From Gammaproteobacteria bacterium (GTDB lineage Bacteria > Pseudomonadota > Gammaproteobacteria > G965277405): DNA of 64,000 bases. Every line of letters begins with the position of its first letter. The first letter of the stretch is position 1. Where the stretch lies: the NCBI GenBank assembly GCA_965277405.1, contig OZ255726.1:1-64000 (forward strand). Reading direction: 5' to 3'. Under the pieces are notes generated by a model that was not told where the DNA came from, did no database searches, and saw only the letters and a program-made list of their open reading frames with translations. Positions 55,526-64,000 of this stretch are shown here, piece after piece. Position numbers and translations under genes: made by a program.

Positions 55526-56700
55526 AAGACCATTGCATTAACATATGTTTTAATAGAAAATATCTATATTCCTCATCACTCAAAAATCAGCGTATGCGGG
55601 AATATCAACAGGTCAAAATATTAGTTTTAGTGATGCTTTGGGAGGAAATTCCCGCTAGTGAACTCGATTGTTTGGAAAGGCTCATAGATTGGAAAGATCT
55701 TCGCCAACACCTGCGCATTGTGGCTGGAGACTATGACAATATCAGTATGGTTAAAATACTGTTATTAGCAACATGGTACACCTTAGCGGATGAAGCAGTG
55801 AGCCATGCAGTTGCTCGCGGTTTAGTTTGCATGAAGTTTGGTAATTTTAACCTTGAAGCCAGCTGACGCAGCAACCGTGTGTCCGCTTGCGGAAAAAAGT
55901 AGTAGCACATAATCTTTTCAAAGCCCTCCTTGCTAGCAGCATTGCATTGAACGTTAAGGGTTAAAACTTAGCAATGGCAAATATGTATCGGCGGATTACG
56001 TTGATACAAGGTGCACGTCGTCGACGGCAGATGCTATCGAGTACGCATTAGCACATACAACATATGCAACAGGAGAAGTTGCATATGCCGATGCTGTTGC
56101 TGCAACATCAATGAGCAAAGGTGATAAGTTGCTGTATGGATATACCTCTACTGTTGTAACAGATTAACATGGGCTTATCTGTTGCTACGCATGCGGCTAA
56201 TACCAGCGAGATGGGCAGGTTTGCAGATGATATAGCAGCTCTCCTATCAAAGCTGGATAAACGCTTATGTATGGATATGGGAGTTGCCAGCAAGGCAAAT
56301 CTAGGTAATAAGCAAATTGATGATGGAAATATGCGGAAAATCCACGCGGTTAAAGAAATGCCACACTGGCAAAAGGCTGGTAACCAGTTGATATCATCAA
56401 ATTTGTAGTCAAGAGAACTTTCGCCACAATGAAAAGCGTGTATGGGCTTTACTGCGCACGATATCTTAGCAGAGCCAAAGTCGATGCAGCCGTTGCAGGC
56501 GAAGGCATATACCTTGAAACGGGCTAGCAATTATAGCAACAACAGCAGGGAGTATTGCTCTTAAATGTTGAGAAATAAGAGAAAAAAAGCCCTGATATAC
56601 GCGCTATTTTCGGCGCATTCGGTGTTTTTTCAGTAAAAATCGCCAATTTGCAATTTTTTACTCTTCAAAGCAAAAGGTTAGGAGCTATTGCAGTGGTCTT
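55526..56700 (+). mobile_element. Decayed second IS5-family element (IS1106-like ends), transposase pseudogene
   Basis: Ends AAGACCATTGCA / TGCAGTGGTCTT; remnant LERLIDW...MVKILLLATWYTLADE. The left end is tandemly duplicated with a 27-bp period (55499 and 55526). Confidence 0.75.
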
Positions 56701-57016
56701 AACTATTGTCTCGCCATATTTTGGCGGGGTGTTGCCAGCATAGCCGCTGCGGTGAGCAATTGTGCGATATAAGCCAATTCCAGGTACAACGGTTGTTTTG
56801 TTGGCATATTTTATTAAATGCACTGGCGATAAAAATATATCTATTTTTTTAGCGGCGCAATATGCCAATACCAAGCTGATTTCATCATCAGTTGCGTCTG
56901 TAAATTTTATTTTACGCAAGGTGTCAGCTTGCAACGCACTGAGTTGCTTGATATTGCTGACAAAATGCGGCTGTGATAATGTTGAAAACTTATTGAGCTG
57001 ACTGTGATTGATCCAT
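56701..57016 (-). pseudogene. Phage recombination protein Bet/RecT-like remnant, truncated by the IS
   Basis: ATDDEISLVLAYCAAKKIDIFLSPVHLIKY..VVPGIGLYRTIAHRSGYAG; lies in the leftward early position next to cI. Confidence 0.7.
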
Positions 57017-57050
57017 GCTGTTACTAATCCTTTAAAAAACTTAACAGCAA

Positions 57051-57100
57051 TACTAAACGAACTTACATAATAGTCAACAATAATTTAAGTAAACTTATAA
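57051..57100 (-). promoter_or_regulatory. OL/pL-like region with P22 c2-like operators
   Basis: TACTAAA-CGAA-CTTACAT and ATTTAAG-TAAA-CTTATAA flank a minus-strand TTGACT-N16-TAGTAT. Confidence 0.55.
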
Positions 57101-57142
57101 AAAATGCAGTAAATGAATATCTGGACTATGAATTGCTAACAA

Positions 57143-57832
57143 TTAGCGCAGAACCGAATACCAAAATATACGACCAATGATGCGTATTTCACCCAGGGTA
57201 TCGCGCGCGTAAGATTCATCTGGATATTCTTCCAGATTATAGCTGCGTAAGCGAATGCCGCCAGTTGGATGTTGGTATATGATTTTTACGCGCAATACAC
57301 CGTCATGGTTAATAGCGTATATTTCACCATCTTTGATAGCCGTACTCCCTGAGTCAACACCTATCGTTGTGCCATTGGGCAAAATCGGTGACATGCTATT
57401 ACCGCTAATTGTGATGCAGGAGGCGTTTTCGACTAATATATTGCGTTTTTTTAATGTCGATTTGGAAAAATGCAGCCATTTACCTGCGTGTTGTCCATCG
57501 AACTGTCTTCCATTGCCAGCTGAGTGTTCTATTTCACTATAAAATGGTATTTCGACTTCGTCTTTGTGCAAGACGGTTGTGTGATCCCGCGTCACAAATC
57601 CACCCTCAAAAACAGCGTCTGGTTGCTTTTGTGGATTTCTGCCAGTCTGCAACCATTCAGGGGTGCAGCGCAAAATCTGTGCAAGCTGCACAAGTCTATC
57701 GCCTTTGGGTTTAGTAATGCCATTCTTCCATTGGCTGACGCCCGCGCTCGTTACGCCCGTGAACTTCATAATATCAACGACTCTTAAATTGAGGTCGCTC
57801 ATCCGTTGTTGTAATCTTTCGTAAAATTCCAT
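57143..57832 (-). CDS. Phage CI-like repressor (XRE HTH plus S24 peptidase)
   Basis: HTH GVTSAGVSQWKNG...LRCTPEWLQTG, Ala-Gly cleavage site SAGNG, catalytic SGNSMSP and RVK. Confidence 0.92.
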   Translation of the reverse strand: MEFYERLQQRMSDLNLRVVDIMKFTGVTSAGVSQWKNGITKPKGDRLVQLAQILRCTPEWLQTGRNPQKQPDAVFEGGFVTRDHTTVLHKDEVEIPFYSEIEHSAGNGRQFDGQHAGKWLHFSKSTLKKRNILVENASCITISGNSMSPILPNGTTIGVDSGSTAIKDGEIYAINHDGVLRVKIIYQHPTGGIRLRSYNLEEYPDESYARDTLGEIRIIGRIFWYSVLR

Positions 57833-57848
57833 TTTTTCAATTCTATGT

Positions 57849-57905
57849 TTGACATATATAGTATACTTAGTTTAAACTTGCATCCTTGCTTAAGGTGACT
57901 TGATT
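57849..57905 (+). promoter_or_regulatory. OR/pR-like region between cI and cro
   Basis: TTGACA(57849)-N18-TAAACT; operator-like TATATAG-TATA-CTTAGTT and GCTTAAG-GTGA-CTTGATT. Confidence 0.55.
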
Positions 57906-58105
57906 ATGCAAAAAAAAACAGTAATCGCATATTTTGGCAGCATTGGGGCTGTGGCAGCAGAGTTGTTGTTACTAGCAATGCAATTTCACAGTGGTGTGAC
58001 ATTATTCCAGAAAAGCAGGCTTTGATTTTATGCCGAAAAACCAATGGAGCGTTGCAGTACGACCCTGACTTTTACCCCAAGGTCAAAAATGGGCTATGCG
58101 TTTAA
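57906..58105 (+). pseudogene. Cro-like regulator with 1-nt frameshift
   Basis: MQKKTVIAYFGSIGAVAAEL, then in the shifted frame VTSNAISQWCDIIPEKQALILCRKTNGALQYDPDFY; divergent from cI. Confidence 0.82.
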
Positions 58106-58433
58106 GGAAGTTACTGCGCTCCAACAGCTGAGAAAGTCGTTGCAGCGCATGAATAATTTATATCTCCGCCCAACGACTTCCGTTCATTTACCAGTCCAGT
58201 GTTGTTTTTACCGCTTGCAATTCTTGCAAATACATCATTTCAAGCGTGGTATAGCTGCACATAGCCATAAATCCGTTGCAGTAATTATCCAATACTTGCT
58301 GCCAAATTTCAGCATCAAGTTTTCTAGCAATCAAATTTTGAAAACTATTCATTTGCTCTCGTTCCATTATTCGCAGCATTGTAAGGCTGTTCAAACCAAT
58401 CATACCCGCGCCAATCTAACCCAAGGTGACGCG

Positions 58434-58599
58434 AGCAGGGAGTATTGCGCCATAAATTGAGGTAAATAGTCCAAAAAAACCTGATAAATGGGCATATATG
58501 CGCTATTTTCGGCGCATTCGGTGTTTTTGCAGTAAAAATCCCCAATTTGCAATTTTCTACTCTTCAAAGCAAAAAATGATGGGGTATTGCAGTGGTCTT
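58434..58599 (+). mobile_element. Isolated right end of IS1106-like element
   Basis: Close match to 56544-56700, ending TATTGCAGTGGTCTT. Confidence 0.75.
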
Positions 58600-58797
58600 A
58601 TACTGTAAAGAAAACGGCTAAACACTTGCTCACAAAGCTTGGTTTGAGCTTAGAAATTTTATAAACGCCAAGAAACAAGGAGTTGAACGTTTTAATATGA
58701 TACTCGAACGTAAAAATGTCCTCGGGCAAGAGCAGTGGCATGGAGTGTTTGAATACGGCAGCAAGTACCTGAAAGTTATATGGACACTGGATAAGGA

Positions 58798-59751
58798 TTA
58801 ATCCTGATCCGCGCCCATGTTCCAATCAGACTGGCGTATTTCACCTGTTTGATAAAATTGGCGGATCAGCTTGATATATTCCAGAAAGTCCTTGTTTTCT
58901 TCGGTCAATCTGTTCGCCGTATTCCAATCTATCCCACTACGCTCTTTAGCTGGAATCATGATCTGACTTTCAGAGGGGTTCTCTGCATCAAGACGGATAA
59001 AGCCAATACCATGAAGACTGGCAAGCATACGAAGTTCTTTCAAGGTGTCCGCACCTTCAATCTCGCTGGCAACCAAATATCCAAAATTAGCCCACGAGGA
59101 GTTGCTCACCGCTTGGAAAAAAACCTCACGGATGTTGGAGCGGTTGATCAAGATCTTAACCTCAAACGACCACAGTTTGGTTTTCTTATCGGCAAATTGC
59201 TGAACGCAATCTCTGATTTCACGGTGCCAGTCACCGCTAAGGTCTTCCATGCCCACGAGATCAGGATACAACCATTTGTTGCCGCCAGCGCCACGAGAAT
59301 TACGAGAACCCTTTTCATTGATACGTTTGCTGTAGATTTCGAGTTCTGACCACAGGAATTCAGATAAGATCGGGTAAAGATCGTGCTCTTTCACAATACA
59401 GCTATTCACCTTCAAGACGGATGAAGCCTCATGGCTTTCGGCATCGTCAATTTCAGCGCTATCAGTGGACTCAGTGAAGTAATACTTCCGTGGACGACCT
59501 TCCGTGGTTTTAACCTCGGGATGGCGCTTCTGTAGGCGTGGGCGCTGGGAACCAATTTCAGCAACTATTTGCTGCAAGAGCGCCGTTTGATTATCCAATG
59601 GGTTAACTGTAGCGGTGGAACGCTTTTGCTTCTGGCGACATTCATCTGGATAGGTTTCGAATATCCAATTGGCGATTGCCCGGGCTGTAAATTTTTGCTC
59701 CGCGTTCTGCAGTAAAAATTCAACTACAGTATTCGCCAAGTTGAGCGCCAT
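58798..59751 (-). CDS. HrgA/COG2958-like protein (N-terminal HTH plus predicted restriction-endonuclease fold)
   Basis: EHDLYP, NKWLYPDLVG, WSFEVK, FFQAVSNSSWANFGYLVA. Confidence 0.8.
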   Translation of the reverse strand: MALNLANTVVEFLLQNAEQKFTARAIANWIFETYPDECRQKQKRSTATVNPLDNQTALLQQIVAEIGSQRPRLQKRHPEVKTTEGRPRKYYFTESTDSAEIDDAESHEASSVLKVNSCIVKEHDLYPILSEFLWSELEIYSKRINEKGSRNSRGAGGNKWLYPDLVGMEDLSGDWHREIRDCVQQFADKKTKLWSFEVKILINRSNIREVFFQAVSNSSWANFGYLVASEIEGADTLKELRMLASLHGIGFIRLDAENPSESQIMIPAKERSGIDWNTANRLTEENKDFLEYIKLIRQFYQTGEIRQSDWNMGADQD

Positions 59752-59825
59752 ACTTCAATCTCTCTAGTTTTCGTACTGGATCATAATATCAGCCACGATT
59801 GCAACCACAACCAAAGAGGAGAAAC

Positions 59826-59948
59826 ATCAGGAACATAACACAAAATGGAATTGACTGGGATTAAACGGTTCGAGTGCTTCTCTCGGATCGTTTATTTTTA
59901 CCCCGCTGGCTATCCGACTATCGGCTACGCTAATGTGATCAAAGATAA
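59826..59948 (+). pseudogene. Phage lysozyme (GH24) N-terminal remnant
   Basis: After GAGGAG: (I)RNITQNGID-IKRFECFSRIVYFYPAGYPTIGY; start codon lost and gene cut by an IS end. Confidence 0.72.
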
Positions 59949-60010
59949 AAGACCATTGCAATAACATATATTTTCATTGAAAATATCTTTATTCCTCATT
60001 ACTCAGAAAA
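59949..60010 (+). mobile_element. Isolated left end of IS1106-like element
   Basis: AAGACCATTGCAATAACATAT...GAAAATATCT.TATTCCTCAT matches 55526 onward. Confidence 0.72.
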
Positions 60011-60012
60011 AT

Positions 60013-60215
60013 ATCGCCGCTATAGTCGCTAATCTGCACGACCATATGGATTCATTGGCAAACGATGCAATATGCGACGATGTGTTCAGCTAATTACGCC
60101 AACTATTCGAAAAGGTTGTGGTCACCCCGAGCGGAGAACAACACTCCCGTTGATTTAGAACTCCACGGTAGGTTTGCTGCTTTGCTCTCGGTATCAGCGA
60201 CCAAAGTCCCCTACG
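60013..60215 (+). pseudogene. C-terminal remnant of a large serine recombinase
   Basis: LRQLFEKVVVTP...VDLELHGRFAALL, with a stop and frameshift, oriented toward the tRNA-fMet 3' end. Confidence 0.55.
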
Positions 60216-60219
60216 ATTG

Positions 60220-60270
60220 TGGGGGTATAAATATTTTGGGGTTCAAATATACCCCCAAATGTACCCCAAA
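60220..60270. repeat. GGGGGTAT inverted/direct repeats resembling P4-type integrase arm sites
   Basis: TGGGGGTATA (60220-29) / TATACCCCCA (60248-57), followed by TACCCCAAA. Confidence 0.55.
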
Positions 60271-60380
60271 TAATCATTTATCATAGGGTACAGCATATCA
60301 CGAGAATATACAAATAAGCTCGCAATCCCTTATAAAACCTACGTTTTTATACGCTTATAATACTACAGTATATACTAAAA

Positions 60381-60457
<77 letters not shown>

Positions 60458-60646
60458 CCAAGGATTGTGAATACTATTGAGCAATTAATCTTTTTCAATC
60501 TTATTTTGCGATGAATTTTAGTATTGTTGTATAAATTTATCTTACAACCGTTGTAATGGGATAATCTATGTGCAAGTCATAAGCATCTTTCGTGTTATGC
60601 TGGTGGCGTGTAGTAATTTTTTAAATCAACAAAATACAGGTTACTT

Positions 60647-60898
60647 ATGGTCAACATTACCATGTATGCATCGCAGACGTGTCCGTTTTGTCATCGTGCA
60701 GTCGCATTACTCGAAAGCAAGCACGTTCCATTTCAATATATTGACGTTGATCAAAATCCGCAACGCCGTGTTGAAATGTCACAAAAAGCAAATGCAACTT
60801 CTGTACCACAAATTTGGATTGATGACTATCATATCGGTGGTTGCGATAATTTATGCGCACTTGAACAACAAGGAAAATTAGATCCATTACTGGGATAA
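60647..60898 (+). CDS. grxC: Glutaredoxin 3
   Basis: CPFC, SVPQIWI, IGGCD; upstream of secB. Confidence 0.93.
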   Translation: MVNITMYASQTCPFCHRAVALLESKHVPFQYIDVDQNPQRRVEMSQKANATSVPQIWIDDYHIGGCDNLCALEQQGKLDPLLG

Positions 60899-60901
60899 GC
60901 C

Positions 60902-61399
60902 ATGACCGAGCTACAACAATCTGAAGGGACAATTCACCTAGAACGTTTTTATCTGAAAGATGTTTCATTTGAAGCACCAAACTCACCTCAAATTCATGAC
61001 TTACAATGGTCACCAGAAATTAAAGTTGAGATTCAATGCAGAAATACCGTTATTAAAGACAACCGCCATGAAGTTGTTGTCCAGGTTACACTGACGACAA
61101 CAAACAAAGAAAAAACTGCATTTGTTGCGGAAATACAGCAAGCTGGTTTATTCGTTATTTCTGGTCTCAGCAAACCGCAAAATGACCAAGTGCTCGCTAC
61201 ATTCTGCCCCAACATGCTGTTTCCATATTTGCGTGAAGCTGTTGACAATTTAGTCATTAAAGGAGGATTTCCTCCTGTTGCCCTAGCCCCGATGAATTTT
61301 GATGCTATATACGCCCAAGCACAACGTCAGCAGCAACAAGAACAACAACGACAACAGCAGCAATTAGAAAAAAACAATAAGAATAGAATCACGCACTAA
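60902..61399 (+). CDS. secB: Protein-export chaperone SecB
   Basis: YLKDVSFEAPNSP, CPNMLFPYLRE, GGFPP; Gln-rich tail. Confidence 0.95.
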   Translation: MTELQQSEGTIHLERFYLKDVSFEAPNSPQIHDLQWSPEIKVEIQCRNTVIKDNRHEVVVQVTLTTTNKEKTAFVAEIQQAGLFVISGLSKPQNDQVLATFCPNMLFPYLREAVDNLVIKGGFPPVALAPMNFDAIYAQAQRQQQQEQQRQQQQLEKNNKNRITH

Positions 61400-61403
61400 A
61401 GCG

Positions 61404-63064
61404 ATGTCCTTATTGCGTTTGGATACTGTTTCTGTTTCATTCTCAGGAGTAGCTGCTGTTAACCAGGCCTCTCTGCACATTGATGCGGGTGAGATAGTCG
61501 GTATTGTCGGCGAATCTGGATCAGGAAAATCGACATTAGGCAATGCAGTAATCAGCATGATCCCTCCACCTGGGGTAGTCAGCAATGGCACGATTCATCT
61601 TAATGAAATACTGATTTCTGGCAAAAATCAACTAAGTAAACAGCAGTTACAAAAGCTCCGCGGTGGCGAAATTGGCTTTGTGTTCCAAGACCCAATGACG
61701 AGCCTCAACCCATTGTTTACCATCGGTGAGCAGCTGCGTGAAACACTGCTCGCGCATAATATATGCGCTGTGGCAGCTGTCGACGCACGCGTTATCGAAC
61801 TCCTTGAACGTGTCGAAATAGATAACGCCGCCTCACGCGTCCATCAATATCCACATCAATTTTCTGGTGGGATGCGCCAGCGAGTCGTGATTGCAATTGC
61901 CCTTTCATGCAATCCGCAACTCATTATTGCTGATGAGCCAACCACAGCACTCGACGTTTCCGTCCAAGACAAAATTTTGCAAATACTCATAAAACTCTGT
62001 AAAAAGAACAACACACTGGGGTCATGCTTGTTTCACACGATATGGGCGTTATTGCCAATACTTGTGACCGCGTTATTGTTATGTATCTGGGAAAGATTGT
62101 TGAGCAAGGGATTACACAAGATGTGCTGCGCACGCCGCAGCATGAATATACCAAGCGGCTATTAGCAGCCGTTCCGCCAGCACATACAACGCTGCAGCGT
62201 TTTCCTGTAGATGCGCAACAACAGTATCCAAAAATTGATATCCACAATCACTGGCTTGGTCAACAACAACATGGAAAAGATCCGTTATTGCGCGTCAAAA
62301 ACATCGATGTCCGCTATACCATTCAAAAATCTTTTTTCAAAAAGAACAATCAATACCACTATGCCAATCGCAATGTCAGTTTTGAGATTAACCGAGGGGA
62401 GACATTTGGCATCGTTGGTGAATCTGGTTCAGGCAAGTCGACCATCGCCAAAACAATTGCTGGTCTTACTGATATCAGCCATGGTCAAGTGTGGTTTGAA
62501 GATGCAGCCCTGCATGCACTTAGCCATGGTGCCCGCTGTAAATTTGGCAAAGCCATCCAAATGATTTTTCAAAACCCATATGCCAGCTTAAATCCTCGCC
62601 AACGGGTGGGAGACAGTATTGCCGAGCCAATCCATATTCACGGTTTAGCAACAGCAAAACAAGCACGGCAAATAGTTGCTGATTTATTAAACCATTTAGA
62701 TATTGGTCAGCAAGCTGCAAATCGCTATCCACATGAGTTTTCTGGCGGTCAACAGCAAAGAATTTCTATCGCTCGTGCGCTTGCAAGCAGGCCACAACTC
62801 CTTATATGTGATGAGCCAACTTCGGCACTAGATGTGTCGGTGCAAGCACAAATAATTAATTTATTGAAGGACTTGCAAGAAGTCTTTGGTTTAACATTGC
62901 TTTTTATTAGCCATGATTTACCAGTGATACGCCAGATATGCCAACGGATTGCGGTGATGCGCGCAGGTGAAATTATTGAAATTGCTGATTGTGAACAACT
63001 TTTCAGCTCACCTAAACATCTCTATACCAAACAACTACTACACTTAATGCCTTCATTGGATTAA
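61404..63064 (+). pseudogene. Fused dipeptide/oligopeptide ABC ATPase (two NBDs), frameshift at ~62001-62016
   Basis: GESGSGKST twice and YPHQ/EFSGG; the first NBD changes frame before TGVMLVSHDMG. Could be a sequencing indel. Confidence 0.8.
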
Positions 63065-63162
63065 TACACAGTTCTTTGTTTTTTTAATTTTTTGCAAATT
63101 TTACCCTATTTACAACTGAAAAATACCGTACAATTTAACTTTCAACCAATAAGGAGAACCCC

Positions 63163-64000
63163 ATGCATAATAATTTTCGATTATCAATTGCAGCGCTGCT
63201 GCTGCTAATAAGCACTATTGCCATGCCAGTGCCGCGACACTCAGACTAGCCTATGACGCTGACCCAGTAACATTAGACCCACATGAACAGCTAAGTGGCG
63301 GGATGTTGCAACACAGCCATTTGGTATTTGACCCACTCATCCGCTGGAAAAAAGACCTCAGCTTCGAACCACGCCTGGCAACAAGCTGGCAACGCCTCGA
63401 TGATACCACCATCCGTTTTCATTTACGCAAAGGGGTAGTATTCCATAGTGGCCGTCACTTAACTGCGGCTGACGTGCAATTTACGGTCGAGCGTCTAAAA
63501 AAATCTCCAGATTTTAAAGCAATATTTGAAGTTGTTAAAGCCGTGAACATCATCGATGACTACACCTTTGACTTGGTGACGAAAACACCATATCCCCTGT
63601 TGATAAACACCGCAACCTATATCTTTCCTATGGATCATGAATTCTATACAGGACGAGATGAAATAATAAAAAACGGCGCGTCTTTTGCTTCGCGCAACTC
63701 ATCAGGAACTGGCCCATATATTGTTAGCGAACGCCAACAAGGGGTCCGCGTTGTGTATGAGCGCTTCAAAAAATATTGGGATACAAAGTCACCTGGCAAC
63801 GTGGACACTATTATCCTCACCCCAATAGCAGAAGACCCAACCCGGGTAGCAGCACTATTATCTAACGACGTAGACTTTATTGCACCAGTGCCACCTGCTG
63901 ACTTACAGCGTATCCGCGCCAGCAATTCAGTACACCTTATCTCGATGAATGGTACTCGAATTATTACTTTTCAGCTAAATCAACACAGCAACCCAGCACT
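63163..64000 (+). pseudogene. Family 5 (DppA/OppA-like) substrate-binding protein, frameshift at ~63221; runs off window
   Basis: AAGGAG RBS, signal peptide MHNNFRLSIAALLLLISTIA, then shifted frame HASAATLRLAYDADPVTLDPHEQ...FEPRLATSW...FHLRKGVVFHSG...SGTGPY. Confidence 0.8.

Larger units (their letters stand above)
45944..60380. mobile_element. Decayed genomic island / cryptic prophage at tRNA-fMet
   Basis: Dense phage and IS remnants plus cargo between rpsU and the tRNA 3' end. The left boundary is uncertain (TGGTAGCG match at 45944). Confidence 0.7.

Noticed and set aside
58106-58800. Short coding-like fragments flanking the isolated IS end
   Set aside because: They contain stops and no recognisable motif, so they are left unannotated.

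Overview
Gammaproteobacterial chromosomal window with signs of a host-associated, eroding genome. (1) 1-24.7 kb: two tandem paralogous giant genes on the minus strand. Gene A is <1..10342 and runs off the window. Gene B is 10716..24440 and is broken by a scrambled ~240-bp patch. Each encodes a lipoprotein signal, tens of ~92-96-aa two-Cys Ig-like repeats, a polybasic RxxR linker and a kexin/ASP-like S8 domain whose catalytic Ser is replaced by Arg, i.e. a probable pseudo-protease tip on a giant surface stalk. (2) 25-46 kb: housekeeping genes (aceEF, CinA-like, sdaA, deaD, MATE, ribE, Bcr/CflA, hflX, gcvTHP with tandem glycine riboswitch, sixA, rnd, rpsU), interspersed with a ~285-bp structured MITE family and solo terminal-repeat scars. 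(3) 46-60.4 kb: a decayed island between rpsU and tRNA-fMet. It carries phage remnants (tail tube, Bet, intact cI with broken cro, lysozyme, serine recombinase tail), an intact LIV-type ABC transporter plus HDAC-family deacetylase operon, an HrgA-like gene, several dead IS5-family elements, and one intact IS5 whose ends match the MITEs. (4) 60.6-64 kb: grxC, secB and two frameshifted peptide-ABC genes. All calls come from reading motifs by eye; no database search was run.
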